In this document: one piece after another, positions 39,473-48,986 of the stretch
Numbering within the stretch: the first letter of the stretch is position 1
Layout of the letters: each line of letters begins with the position of its first letter
From: Thermoproteota archaeon
GTDB lineage: Archaea; Thermoproteota; EX4484-205; JAAOZP01
DNA: 64,000 nt
Assembly (NCBI GenBank): GCA_049700215.1
Contig: JBNAVT010000003.1
Span: 1,366 to 65,365, forward strand
Direction of reading: 5' to 3'
The notes under the pieces: model-generated
Databases searched by the model: none
Told to the model about the DNA's origin: nothing
Seen by the model: the letters and a program-made list of their open reading frames with translations, nothing else
Program-made: the position numbers and the translations under genes

Positions 39473-42025
39473 TTAATCCCAGTGCAGTTTTTTCTTAAGG
39501 GTTTTTAAGGCTGCTTCAAAACTCCCTTTAAAACCGTAAAGATAGTAGGTGAAGTAGGTTGTCGTGCCCGTGTTAACCCTTATCCAGGGCTGAACCTCAA
39601 CATAGGAGTAGTGTGAATCAGGGTTATCCGGAGTGTTCATCCAGACGTGGGTGAGAAACGGGGTTTTAGAGTCGTAAGCCATTATGAGCCCAAGCTCCTC
39701 CTGCTCGTCGTAGCACGCGACCCAGTCTTCAGTGAGGAAGAGCCTTTTACCGTAGAGCCTACCCTTATACCTCTCCTTGAGAATGCCGTTGCTTGAAGGA
39801 TAGTAGATCACGTGGCTGGCGTCAACACTGTTTCCAAGCCTGATCAAAGGGTTGACTCCGATCACGTTGAGCTCGGGATTGACAAAATCTGCCTCATACC
39901 TGACTTCTAGAAGCGGAGTTCCTCCGTAGAGCGTGAAGGTCTTCTTTAAAACGTTCCCATTCATATTGCCCTCTGCAGTAACTACGGCGCTCTCCCCCTC
40001 TTTCCTCAATATTCTGATCTTGAATTTTTCATGGCCCTCGACGGTCGGCTGCTGTATGAACTCCTCTAAACCTCCAAAGGGATAGAACCTCCTCTTCCTG
40101 CCTGAAACCCTCCAGTCCTCAGGCTTCTTAGGGTATAGTTTGAAGAACAGGTCTGCCTCCGGCTTTTTAAGCCTATACTCGAGCAACCTTCCTCCTGGGG
40201 AAATCACTTTAGCCACTATGTACCTGTTTTCAAGCACGGCTTCCTCGAGACCATCCCCGTCATAGTCCCCGGTGTAAGCCACGGCCTCTCCTTCAAAGCC
40301 ACGCGTCTTAATCCTGCAGGTTGCGTTTCCGGAGGAGAACGATATGTTTAACAAGTATTCCCCGTTTTCAAGAGTCAGGGGGATTACGGTTTTGTACGGC
40401 TTGTGAATGGGAGCCCGGATTCTCCGCGCTTCCTCAAGAATCGTCCTCTCTCTTGACGAGACACTGATCTTTAAGTCGCCGGTCTCAACACCGGTACAAT
40501 TCCAAATGGTAACCGGTATCTCTAACCGGCCTTTCGAAACCAGCAGGGGGAAAGTGGAAATCATGGGCGGTACCTCAACATAGCACAGGTTTCTCCAACA
40601 ATTATCTTTCGTAAGAAACTCGACCAGCAGCAGCCCATATGACCCGCTTAGCTCTTCAGATATCGATACCTCGAGAGTAATCTCGCTCTTCCCTCTCCCT
40701 TCAAAATGCGCCGCCATTTTACCAGGCGGATTTACTCTAATCCCGGGGCTCGCCTTAATCTGGAGAACCCCGTCTAAAGGCTCGTTAAGCCTGTTCTCCA
40801 TGGCGACTCTAAGGAGCCTGCCTTCCAGCTTTGAAGATAGTGAGAAGAATGTCCCGAAAGTCCTACGGAGATACTGCTTGTCTGCGAGAAGTATTCTCAA
40901 CAGGTTTACGAGCATTGAAGGACCCACCGTCTTACCGTCTTCAAACACTCCCACGGCTTTCCGCGAAAGAATCGTTTTCATAATTCTTTCCTCGGATGAT
41001 AGTTCATGATCCTCCTTGTCGACGAACAGCCAGATTGAAGGAGGTGCCTCCCCCCATTCCAAATGGTATGGAAGAATTAAGAAGGGTGTTTCCAGCTCCT
41101 CCAGACACTCGGTGTTGCCCTCGTGAAAAACATAGCCGTCCAAATGGTTCTTCAACACGTCGACATCCGAATCCAGAAGATTGTTGAACACTCCGAAAAG
41201 CATTTCTCCGGGCTTCTTCATTCTACACGCGTCAGCCGCACCGGAGGACTGGGGATCAGGATACTCGTCCCAATTAACCATGAGACACTTGCCGTCGCCG
41301 GTGAACTGGCCTGAGAAAACAGTGAAATCAAGGCCGAGCTCCTTTATCTTTGGCACCAACTCCCTAACCGTTAAATCCTCGCCGGGGCCTACGAGGAAAA
41401 CCCATTTACAGCCCAGCCTAAGGGCATCCGCCAATATTTTACCCGGGTGCCTGGGCAGGGGGGTCACCATATACCTGCCACTTGCACAGAATGGCCACCC
41501 CTTCCAGACTTCATGTGTGTTCAAAATCTTCTTCCCCTGGCTAAGTAGCTCCAGCAGTCTTCTAGACTCCTCAAGACCCCTCGCGGCGATAATCACCGCG
41601 GTCTTTCGACTACCGTGCTGCTGGAGATAGAGGAGGAAAACATCCTTGCCCCAGTGCTCCTCTGGGACTCCCTGTTTAAGCATTGCCAAGAGTTGCGTGT
41701 TGAAGTCGAGGAGAACGATCAGGTTGGATTCGGCTAAGCTCTTCTGAAACTCCTCGGGAGGAGGGTTTGAGACAACTTTGAAACCCTCTAGTTTCATAAA
41801 CATTTCGAAAAAACCTTTTTCCATCCAGAATCTTCCGAAGCCCTTTAAAAAATTGTTCTTTCTCTCAATGTTTTTCACCTTAGCATCAAGGTCTTCGAGA
41901 CAAAAATCTATCCCAAGGTACGAGGCTGAGACCCATGTTTTCCCCATCCATTCGCGCGAGAATCCTTCAAACCCGTCCTCGAAAAGCGTAAAATCATACG
42001 GACGGTTTTCGGAGGCTTCGTCCAT
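39473..42025 (-). CDS. Large hypothetical protein with C-terminal galactose-mutarotase-like supersandwich domain
   Basis: 850-aa ORF; DYDGDGLEEAVLENRY...GGRL motif typical of carbohydrate-related supersandwich domains. Confidence 0.6.
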   Translation of the reverse strand: MDEASENRPYDFTLFEDGFEGFSREWMGKTWVSASYLGIDFCLEDLDAKVKNIERKNNFLKGFGRFWMEKGFFEMFMKLEGFKVVSNPPPEEFQKSLAESNLIVLLDFNTQLLAMLKQGVPEEHWGKDVFLLYLQQHGSRKTAVIIAARGLEESRRLLELLSQGKKILNTHEVWKGWPFCASGRYMVTPLPRHPGKILADALRLGCKWVFLVGPGEDLTVRELVPKIKELGLDFTVFSGQFTGDGKCLMVNWDEYPDPQSSGAADACRMKKPGEMLFGVFNNLLDSDVDVLKNHLDGYVFHEGNTECLEELETPFLILPYHLEWGEAPPSIWLFVDKEDHELSSEERIMKTILSRKAVGVFEDGKTVGPSMLVNLLRILLADKQYLRRTFGTFFSLSSKLEGRLLRVAMENRLNEPLDGVLQIKASPGIRVNPPGKMAAHFEGRGKSEITLEVSISEELSGSYGLLLVEFLTKDNCWRNLCYVEVPPMISTFPLLVSKGRLEIPVTIWNCTGVETGDLKISVSSRERTILEEARRIRAPIHKPYKTVIPLTLENGEYLLNISFSSGNATCRIKTRGFEGEAVAYTGDYDGDGLEEAVLENRYIVAKVISPGGRLLEYRLKKPEADLFFKLYPKKPEDWRVSGRKRRFYPFGGLEEFIQQPTVEGHEKFKIRILRKEGESAVVTAEGNMNGNVLKKTFTLYGGTPLLEVRYEADFVNPELNVIGVNPLIRLGNSVDASHVIYYPSSNGILKERYKGRLYGKRLFLTEDWVACYDEQEELGLIMAYDSKTPFLTHVWMNTPDNPDSHYSYVEVQPWIRVNTGTTTYFTYYLYGFKGSFEAALKTLKKKLHWD

Positions 42026-42272
42026 AATTTAAGAATACTGGCTGCTTAAATAAATATAAAGTTTAAGGATAACAGGATGGCGTTGCTTACGACGCGGATT
42101 AAGACTCTATCTCCAAGATAGCGCGCGCCAGCAGGAGTACGACTATTGAGGCTCATCTGGCTGCGACAAGCAATGCTTAAACCCTAGTCGTTAGCAACTC
42201 TGACACCCTCTTTAACCATCCATCGCGCACGCTCCGCCAAGCATCTTAGCGTGCACTAACACTGTTTTCGGT

Positions 42273-42668
42273 TTACGGTATCGTTGTGATTCCAAGCCTC
42301 TTAGACGCATAGCGTTGTTTATCGTCGAGAGTGAGCAACGAACCCTTCTCGTGAAATGCTAGAGCTATGTAGAGCGCGTCATAGACGGTTATCCCGTTTT
42401 CAAGAGCTATTTCAAACGCTTTATCCGTATATTCCTCTTCTCTCCTAAGCGCCATGTTTCTTTCAACATATTCCTTGAATAAGGCTAAAACACGTGAAGC
42501 TTCTTCAACGCCTATTCTCTTAAGGTTCACTGCCTTCCACACGGCATTATAGAACTCTTTAACCGTGTGATCAACAGATACGGTTGCAGCCATGTATTTA
42601 GAGAGCTCGCTCCAACCTTCTTCACGCAGAAAGAAGGCTATGATGGCTGAGGAATCAGCTACTATCAC
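42273..42668 (-). CDS. vapC: VapC PIN-domain toxin
   Basis: IVADSSA, KEFYNAVW, TVYDALYIALA, LTLD. Confidence 0.88.
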   Translation of the reverse strand: MIVADSSAIIAFFLREEGWSELSKYMAATVSVDHTVKEFYNAVWKAVNLKRIGVEEASRVLALFKEYVERNMALRREEEYTDKAFEIALENGITVYDALYIALAFHEKGSLLTLDDKQRYASKRLGITTIP

Positions 42669-42885
42669 GGTCCTCCCTCACGCTCATTGTTGAGAAACCC
42701 TTTGGCACGCTCCATGAGGCTCCTTCCAAAGCCTCAAGAACCTTCTTGAAGTTGTCCTCGGCTTCAAGCTGCCTAATCCTATTCTCGATGAACCTTCTGA
42801 ACTCCTGTGCCCAGTTCACCCTATCCTTATACTTCATCATCTTATCCTTAATCTCCTTCTCAACCTTAACGCTTACAACGCTCAT
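42655..42885 (-). CDS. vapB: VapB-type RHH antitoxin
   Basis: SVVSVKV...VNWAQEFRRFI...SVREDRDS. Confidence 0.85.
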   Translation of the reverse strand: MSVVSVKVEKEIKDKMMKYKDRVNWAQEFRRFIENRIRQLEAEDNFKKVLEALEGASWSVPKGFSTMSVREDRDSS

Positions 42886-42898
42886 ACGATTATTAGTA

Positions 42899-42936
42899 TA
42901 CCATTGGTAGACCATTTTATAAACCTTATGGTCTAC
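42899..42936 (-). promoter_or_regulatory. vapBC promoter with operator inverted repeats
   Basis: TATA box (TTTATAAA) bracketed by GTAGACCAT (42907-42915) and ATGGTCTAC (42928-42936); also TACCA-T-TGGTA at 42899-42909. Confidence 0.65.
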
Positions 42937-43084
42937 TTATATAGCCCCAAGCGCAGGGCTCACGCTAGGGACGGTTTAGAGATTGAAGAAGTAATTAGCG
43001 TGCGCTTAGAAAAAGAGCTATATGCCTATGCTAAACCCCCTATAGTCCTTCTGGTCGCGTAAACCATCTCCACATCCCTAACCC

Positions 43085-43098
43085 TTAGCGCGCGCTAA
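43085..43098. repeat. TA(GC)nTA palindromic junction motif
   Basis: Perfect 14-bp palindrome TTAGCGCGCGCTAA. Confidence 0.85.
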
Positions 43099-43679
43099 CA
43101 AGGTTTCCACGTGTAACATCCTCTTCCACATGGCTACCACCATTCTTAACCAGCTTGCAGCTGTAGCCTACGAACTCACCTGGATTGGTGAAAATCGCGA
43201 CGGCCTCGTCTTCGTTAAATTCTATGGATGAAAGCCTGAGTTCAGGAGGGGTTGGGGCAGTTTCCCCCATGACCCTGATCATGAAGCCTCCAGGTCCTTT
43301 ACTTGTGGCGTTTAGATAAGTCAGGATGGTGTGCTCATCAACGTTTACTATGAAGCTGCTATTTGAGAAAGGGGATCATTGTCGACGCTTATCCATAGTT
43401 GGGCACCGTCTAGGGTAAACATGGGGACTATGACGACATAGAAAATGCCTGTTACAACGACGTTTGGAAGCTGAATAATGTACCAGTCTAGAGCGGAGCT
43501 CTTGAAGACACTGCTGTGGAGGAATGCTGAGCGCGCGCGCAGTATTTTAGTGTTTAACCCGCTGTCCCAGATTTGGACGTAGAAGATGGAGCAGGGTCCC
43601 TGAGCAAACATGTTGCGTGAAGCTCGCGCGCTAATGACAGTAAGGCTAGGGCTAGAATAAGACCCATGAGTCTAACCAT
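43099..43679 (-). pseudogene. Secreted-protein gene remnant cut at three GC motifs
   Basis: Signal peptide MVRLMGLILALALLSL, motif 43623-43634, fragment, motif 43528-43541, frameshifted fragment, motif 43085-43098. Confidence 0.6.
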
Positions 43680-44059
43680 AGCTAGGTTAAGGGTTGAGGT
43701 TTTTAAATAAGTTTTTCAAATATTCTCATCCAACTATATATTAACGCACAGCAGTTCTTCGATTTCCTCAAGCCTAGTGGCGTGCCAAATCGAACGTGTA
43801 AATGATTATAATTGATCCGCCTCCATCAGCGCAGGCTACAGCGACAATGGAAGATGAACCTCATCCCCGTACCAGAGAATGGTATGAGCCTCTTTCCGTC
43901 GAAGCTCAACGTCCCCGTTATAGTGCTGTCCAGCATGCGTAGAGACACCAGCGTGGAGAACCCTCTACCTACGATTTTTAACTCTGAACCTCTTACAGCA
44001 GGTTATCCCCTGCGCGCGCTAATGGTTGAAACGGGTTTATAGAGAAGATTTAGCGTATG

Positions 44060-44494
44060 TTAAAGCTCTAGAAGGACTCGTCTTTTCTGCATGTTCATTG
44101 TCAGCAGCCTCATTTTATTGTTTAAAACCTCTCTGCCCACAAGTACTTCACCCGTCAAGAGTTCGGGCTCTGTGGGGATGTAAACCCTGACCCTGCCGAG
44201 ACCCATCTGCTCCCCGCCATAGTAAAGAGAAGCCTCCGCCACGTATATCTCAAACTCCGAGGCACCGTATAGAGGATTCTCAAAGATGGCCTTAGCAGTT
44301 GGCTCAACTCCTTCGAACATTCTCACTATCTCCATGTTCGGATAGATCCCGCCGTCAAAGCCAGTGTCGATTATAGCCGCCCCGTGTGCCCGATATCTAC
44401 CAGCCCTGATTACGAGATGGATGACTGGTATATCGGGTATTTTTTCCCCGCGATCAGTATACCCGTCCTCGGCATAGTGGTAGCCAATCCTCAT
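44060..44494 (-). CDS. Retropepsin-like (clan AA) aspartic protease domain protein
   Basis: AIIDTGFDG and VLVGREVL motifs. Confidence 0.75.
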   Translation of the reverse strand: MRIGYHYAEDGYTDRGEKIPDIPVIHLVIRAGRYRAHGAAIIDTGFDGGIYPNMEIVRMFEGVEPTAKAIFENPLYGASEFEIYVAEASLYYGGEQMGLGRVRVYIPTEPELLTGEVLVGREVLNNKMRLLTMNMQKRRVLLEL

Positions 44495-44760
44495 TATTCT
44501 TCGATCTCCTCGACAACCCATTTCTCCTTAATCGACCTGCCACGTAGCCGCGGGGACCTGAGCCTGAGGTAGCCGGTAGAACTCAGCTTCCATAAGATAG
44601 TAGGATACCTATGGTCTTTGGCTTCAACCTCCATTCCCAGCTTTTCCTCCAATATTCTAGCTATGGCCTCGCTTCTAGCCATATTCAACTGCTTACAAAG
44701 AGCGTCTACCTTCTTCAGAATGGCTTCCGGAATGCTTACGCTTATCTTAACATTAGTCAT
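44494..44760 (-). CDS. CopG/RHH DNA-binding protein
   Basis: KISVSIPEAILKKVD...ARSEAI. Confidence 0.8.
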   Translation of the reverse strand: MTNVKISVSIPEAILKKVDALCKQLNMARSEAIARILEEKLGMEVEAKDHRYPTILWKLSSTGYLRLRSPRLRGRSIKEKWVVEEIEE

Positions 44761-44978
44761 ACCAAGTAATACTTTTTACTACCTATTTAAGCTTTCGGCT
44801 TTTTGGATCCCGAGTCATTAAACTGCCTAGCGAGCTAGCTTCTAACAGAAGCCTCTCGTTGAAAAAAGTTAATTTCTGCCTTAAGAATTAAGCCGACTTC
44901 TTGCCCTGTCGACTAGGATTCCGCTTTTTCCGCTTTCAGGATGAGCGTAAACTAGTTTCCAGAGAGCACGCTACATGC

Positions 44979-45938
44979 TTACTTGGAAGAGTTGGTTAGA
45001 ACATCGTCGACGCTTAGCAAGTCCAGGTCGTCGACGCTAACTCCTTCGGCAAGCACCCTGTATGCTCCGACACACCTTTTAGCAACCTCCTTAACAACCG
45101 GAGAAGGCAGCTCAGGCGGCTCCCCCTCCCCAGCAAAGCCCATCCTCCTCAAGCATTCCCTGAGAAACTCTTTGTCTAGGCAGTGCGACTCCTGCGGCTC
45201 CCCAACCCTGTAGTACTTGACCGGCCAGAGCCTAGCGGAGTCGTGCGTAGGCGGCTCGTCTATCTGGATCAACTCATCCCTGTGGAAGCCGAACTCTATT
45301 TTGAAGTCAGGTATTATGATCCCTGCTTTCCTGGCCTCAGCCTCGTAAAACTCGTACAGCTTTAGAGCAGCCTCCTCCAGCGTGCGCCAAGTATCAGCGT
45401 CGAGAAGCCTCATCTCCAGGGCTTCAGCCCTAGTGATCTCCCTGTCATGACCCACATCGGCCTTCGTAGTGGGTGTTAACACTGGCTCCGGAAGCTCCTC
45501 AGCCATCTTCAACCCATCGGGGAACCTTAACCCGTATATTTCCCTCCTGCCCTCGCTGTAAGCCCTCCACAATGATCCGTAAAGATATTTCCTAACAACC
45601 CATTCAACATTAATCCTCCGGGCCTTCCTCACAAGTATGCTCCTCTCATCCACAGCGTCTATAAGATGGTTTGGAAACACACTACTGCTTCTCCTCATCC
45701 AGAATACGGTTAGCTTCTGCAAGTATTCTCCCTTCCTAGGTATGGGTGTTGGAAGCACGACGTCGAAAGCGGAAACCCTGTCGGTATGATATATTAAGAG
45801 CTCCTCGCCCAGGTCGTAAATGTCCCTGACCTTCCCCCTCAACAGCCTCCCGATGCCTAGGTTAGAGTATTTGACAACAGGTATTTCCCCGCCGGTTAAA
45901 GGATCCTCAGCCAGCCTCATCAAAGCCTTTCTCCCCAC
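44979..45938 (-). CDS. purC: SAICAR synthetase
   Basis: GKVRDIY, TDRVSAFDV, TPTTKAD, DFKIEFG, DSARLW, DKEFLR. Confidence 0.93.
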   Translation of the reverse strand: MGRKALMRLAEDPLTGGEIPVVKYSNLGIGRLLRGKVRDIYDLGEELLIYHTDRVSAFDVVLPTPIPRKGEYLQKLTVFWMRRSSSVFPNHLIDAVDERSILVRKARRINVEWVVRKYLYGSLWRAYSEGRREIYGLRFPDGLKMAEELPEPVLTPTTKADVGHDREITRAEALEMRLLDADTWRTLEEAALKLYEFYEAEARKAGIIIPDFKIEFGFHRDELIQIDEPPTHDSARLWPVKYYRVGEPQESHCLDKEFLRECLRRMGFAGEGEPPELPSPVVKEVAKRCVGAYRVLAEGVSVDDLDLLSVDDVLTNSSK

Positions 45939-46005
45939 GGGTGTTTAAAAAACGTTTCCAACCCTAGGGCTTAAAGCTTATCTCTACCAGTTGCGAGAAT
46001 ACCTT

Positions 46006-46356
46006 ATGGAGCACCCTGTTCCTCCACCACCACCTGGACAAATATACCTCTCTACGACTCCTGAAATACCTGGGATGAGAATCGTGAGAAGCCTTGGCAT
46101 AGTCTTCGGGCAAACAGTTAGGACGAGAGGCGCGCTTGGAAGATTCGTAGCTGGGATAGAGGCGATAGTCGGGGGGAAGTCGGAAGCATACCTCTCGGAA
46201 ATCGAGAAGGCGAGGAACGAAGCCCTTGAGAACCTTATGAGGAGAGCAGCCTCGATTGGTGCGAACGGGGTTGTCGGCATAGATTTCGAAACCTCTGAAA
46301 TCCTAGAGGGCTTCATAGTAATCACTGCCGTGGGAACAGCGGTGAGGGTGGAGTAG
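46006..46356 (+). CDS. YbjQ/UPF0145 family protein
   Basis: LGIVFG, GANGVVGI, GTAVRV. Confidence 0.85.
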   Translation: MEHPVPPPPPGQIYLSTTPEIPGMRIVRSLGIVFGQTVRTRGALGRFVAGIEAIVGGKSEAYLSEIEKARNEALENLMRRAASIGANGVVGIDFETSEILEGFIVITAVGTAVRVE

Positions 46357-46445
46357 GAAACTCTTCGGCAACACAGCTTTTTATCCGTAATTATTGATAT
46401 TGACCCAGGAAAACGATTAAATACTTCCTCTAAACATGCTTAACC

Positions 46446-46679
46446 ATGGTTGTCAAGGCATACGTGTTCCTGGTGACGAAGCCTGGAACATCCATAGAAG
46501 TTTCAAATGAAATGAAGAAGATTAAGGGTGTTCATTCAGCCGATCCCATTTACGGCAGGTTTGATGTTGTGGCGACGGTTGAAGCCGAGAGCCCTGAGGA
46601 ATTGACTAGCCTGCTCTACGAGGTTATTGAGAGGATTCCGAATATTGTTAGAACAGAGACCTCCATAGTGTTGCAGTGA
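46446..46679 (+). CDS. Stand-alone Lrp/AsnC ligand-binding (RAM) domain protein
   Basis: KAYVFL...PG, YGRFDVV, TETSI. Confidence 0.85.
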   Translation: MVVKAYVFLVTKPGTSIEVSNEMKKIKGVHSADPIYGRFDVVATVEAESPEELTSLLYEVIERIPNIVRTETSIVLQ

Positions 46680-46685
46680 CTCAAG

Positions 46686-46919
46686 ATGATCAGGGCCTTC
46701 ATCCTTGTTAGAACCAAGCCGGGCACTTCTGAAGAGGTTGTGAGGACAAGGAGGGTTAGGGGTGTTAAACTGGCTAATTCCGTCCTGGGAAGATATGATG
46801 CAGTATTGGTGATAGAATCCAAAAACCTGGAGGAGCTCAGGAAAACGATTTACGAGGTTTTGGAGAAGCTTGAACACGTTGAGCATACTGAAACACTAAT
46901 ATCTTTCTCTCCAGAGTAG
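46686..46919 (+). CDS. Stand-alone Lrp/AsnC ligand-binding (RAM) domain protein
   Basis: RAFILV...PG, GRYDAV, TETLI. Confidence 0.85.
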   Translation: MIRAFILVRTKPGTSEEVVRTRRVRGVKLANSVLGRYDAVLVIESKNLEELRKTIYEVLEKLEHVEHTETLISFSPE

Positions 46920-46993
46920 TGAAGAAAGATAGTGTTAAACCCATCCCTCACGTTCTTCATAAAACCCGTCAGCAATTACTTTATTCCAATGTT

Positions 46994-48142
46994 CTAGACA
47001 CGATACTCGAGTCTACCGTTCCTTGAGACAATGACTAGAGAGTTTCCCTCGGAAGATTTCTCACACCTGCCGACTACCTGAGCATCGACGCGGAACTTTT
47101 CAGACACGTCTATAACATTATCCTCATCCCCTTTCTCGACGATTATCTCCAGTCCCACTCCCATGTTGAAGATGCGATACATGTTTCTCGAGGCCTCCCG
47201 GCTCTCAGCCTGAATTAGTCTGAATATTGGGTCCGGTTCAGGAAGATTATCCTTCACATACTTTATGTTGCTCCCTATTTTCAAGCATTTCGATAATCCT
47301 CCGCCAGTATTGTGAATTATGGCTTTAACCTTAACCCTTTTCAGGACTTCAAGTATTATAGGCAGATAGATTCTAGTCGGCGACAACAAGGCTTCCCCAA
47401 TAGTCATGTTAAGCTCGTCGACGAAGGAATCCATTTTGAAGCGGCCATAATATCCTTTAACTTCTCCCGAACATGTCTCAGGGTATTTCTTCAAGTATTC
47501 TCCAGCCAGGAGGCAGTGTCTAGCAAGAGTTATCCCGTTACACATTATTCCACTGTTCTCCTTCTCCTCATATGCCGACCTTCCTCCGCTCCTCAACCCG
47601 ACTATAATATCCCCCGGCAAGACGTTTCCACCAGTCACCGCCTTAGAGAGCTCTACTCTAGCCATTACTGTCCCTGAAACGTCGAATGTTCTGACAATAT
47701 CTGGCAGGTCAGCCGTCTCGCCTCCGCTGAAAAGAACACTGGCCCCGTTATCCCTAAGCGTTGAAAAGACTCTGGAGAAGCCTTTAGCCAGGCTTTTAAG
47801 GAGCTCCTGCTTAGGGACTTTGAAAGGGTTTACCGCGACATAGTCTGAGAAAGCCACTGGAAACCCTCCTACGCACGCCGCGTCATCAACATTCATGGCG
47901 ACAACGTCGTCAGCCAATGTTTCGAAAAACTTCTCCTCACCAGTCTCCTTATAGTAGAGGTAGGAGACAACCGGCTTGGTTCCAGCACCATCAGTATGAA
48001 GAACTATCCCCCAGCCCGGGTTTAAAGGATCCTTAACAATCGGGGAGAAGGCTCCGGGGAAAACGTCGTCCGTAATCTTTTTCAAAAACTCCACTCCTTT
48101 CTTACTTACGTCTACGCCAAGCTCCTCATACCTTGAAGACAT
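46994..48142 (-). CDS. purM: AIR synthase (phosphoribosylformylglycinamidine cyclo-ligase)
   Basis: YEELGVD, TDGAGTK, VAMNVDD, GGETAD, HNTGGG, FNMGVG. Confidence 0.88.
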   Translation of the reverse strand: MSSRYEELGVDVSKKGVEFLKKITDDVFPGAFSPIVKDPLNPGWGIVLHTDGAGTKPVVSYLYYKETGEEKFFETLADDVVAMNVDDAACVGGFPVAFSDYVAVNPFKVPKQELLKSLAKGFSRVFSTLRDNGASVLFSGGETADLPDIVRTFDVSGTVMARVELSKAVTGGNVLPGDIIVGLRSGGRSAYEEKENSGIMCNGITLARHCLLAGEYLKKYPETCSGEVKGYYGRFKMDSFVDELNMTIGEALLSPTRIYLPIILEVLKRVKVKAIIHNTGGGLSKCLKIGSNIKYVKDNLPEPDPIFRLIQAESREASRNMYRIFNMGVGLEIIVEKGDEDNVIDVSEKFRVDAQVVGRCEKSSEGNSLVIVSRNGRLEYRV

Positions 48143-48250
48143 TCCTGCAACCACTCCAGCGTAGAACTCTTAAATCTTTAAACTCTCCTCTAGTTAGCGC
48201 GCTGCTCATATTTTGGAATTTTGCCTACTCGTATGCGTTCCCGAGACTTG

Positions 48251-48986
48251 CTAGCGTATGTGTAAAACTGGCTTCGGCCTATATGGCTCCTCCAGGTACT
48301 TGATCTCGTCATCCGTCAGCTAGCGCGCGCTACAGCGTTGGGGCTGTAGGGTATAAGCGCAATGTTATACGTCTTGCAAAAGGGTATCATCTCCCTCTCC
48401 TCCTCGCGGTAAAGCAGGTTATAGAGGTTCTGCATGCTTACGAACTTCTCGTAGCACTTCATCTCGCTGGTGAAGTAGGCGGTGGCGAACTGCCACGTCC
48501 ACATGCTGGACGCGCCCATGCACCTCACCTTTCCCTGATGCACTAAACAGGTTAATGTGGATAAAGTCTCATCTATCCCGGTGGAGTAGTCCCACCTGTG
48601 TATCTGGTAGAGGTCTACGTAACCGGTCTTGAGCCTGCTGAGCGACCCCTCTATCTGCCTCAAAATATGCTTCCTTGAAAGCCCTGAGTCGTTTGGCTTG
48701 TCCCCCATGGGGAAGAACACTTTTGTGGCCACCACCGCGTCCTCCCTTCTTCCCTGCAGAAACCCCCAAGTATCTCCTCAGACTTTCCCCTCGAGTACAC
48801 GTTGGCAGTGTCGTAGAAGTTTATGCCGAGGTCCCACGCCCTGTTCAAAAACTTGAAAGCCTCCTCTTTGCCGGAAACCCAGCCCCCTCCCCCGAAGGGT
48901 TGCAAAGCCGGGTCGCCGAAAGACATGGCTCCCAGGCAGATCTTTGAAACCTTAAGCCCAGACCAGCCTAAGCGAACATACTCCAT
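48251..48986 (-). pseudogene. Aldo/keto reductase (YajO-like) with a frameshift and an internal deletion
   Basis: LGWSGLKVSKICLG, DTANVYS, frameshift near 48763-48767, DLYQIHR, PYSP, motif 48320-48333, then LTDDEIKYLEEPYRPKPVLHIR*. Confidence 0.88.
48320..48333. repeat. TA(GC)nTA palindromic junction motif
   Basis: CTAGCGCGCGCTAC at the AKR deletion junction. Confidence 0.88.

Noticed and set aside
43812-44042. 76-aa plus-strand ORF
   Set aside because: It runs through the GC motif, and the minus strand reads more like a broken gene remnant; not called as a CDS.
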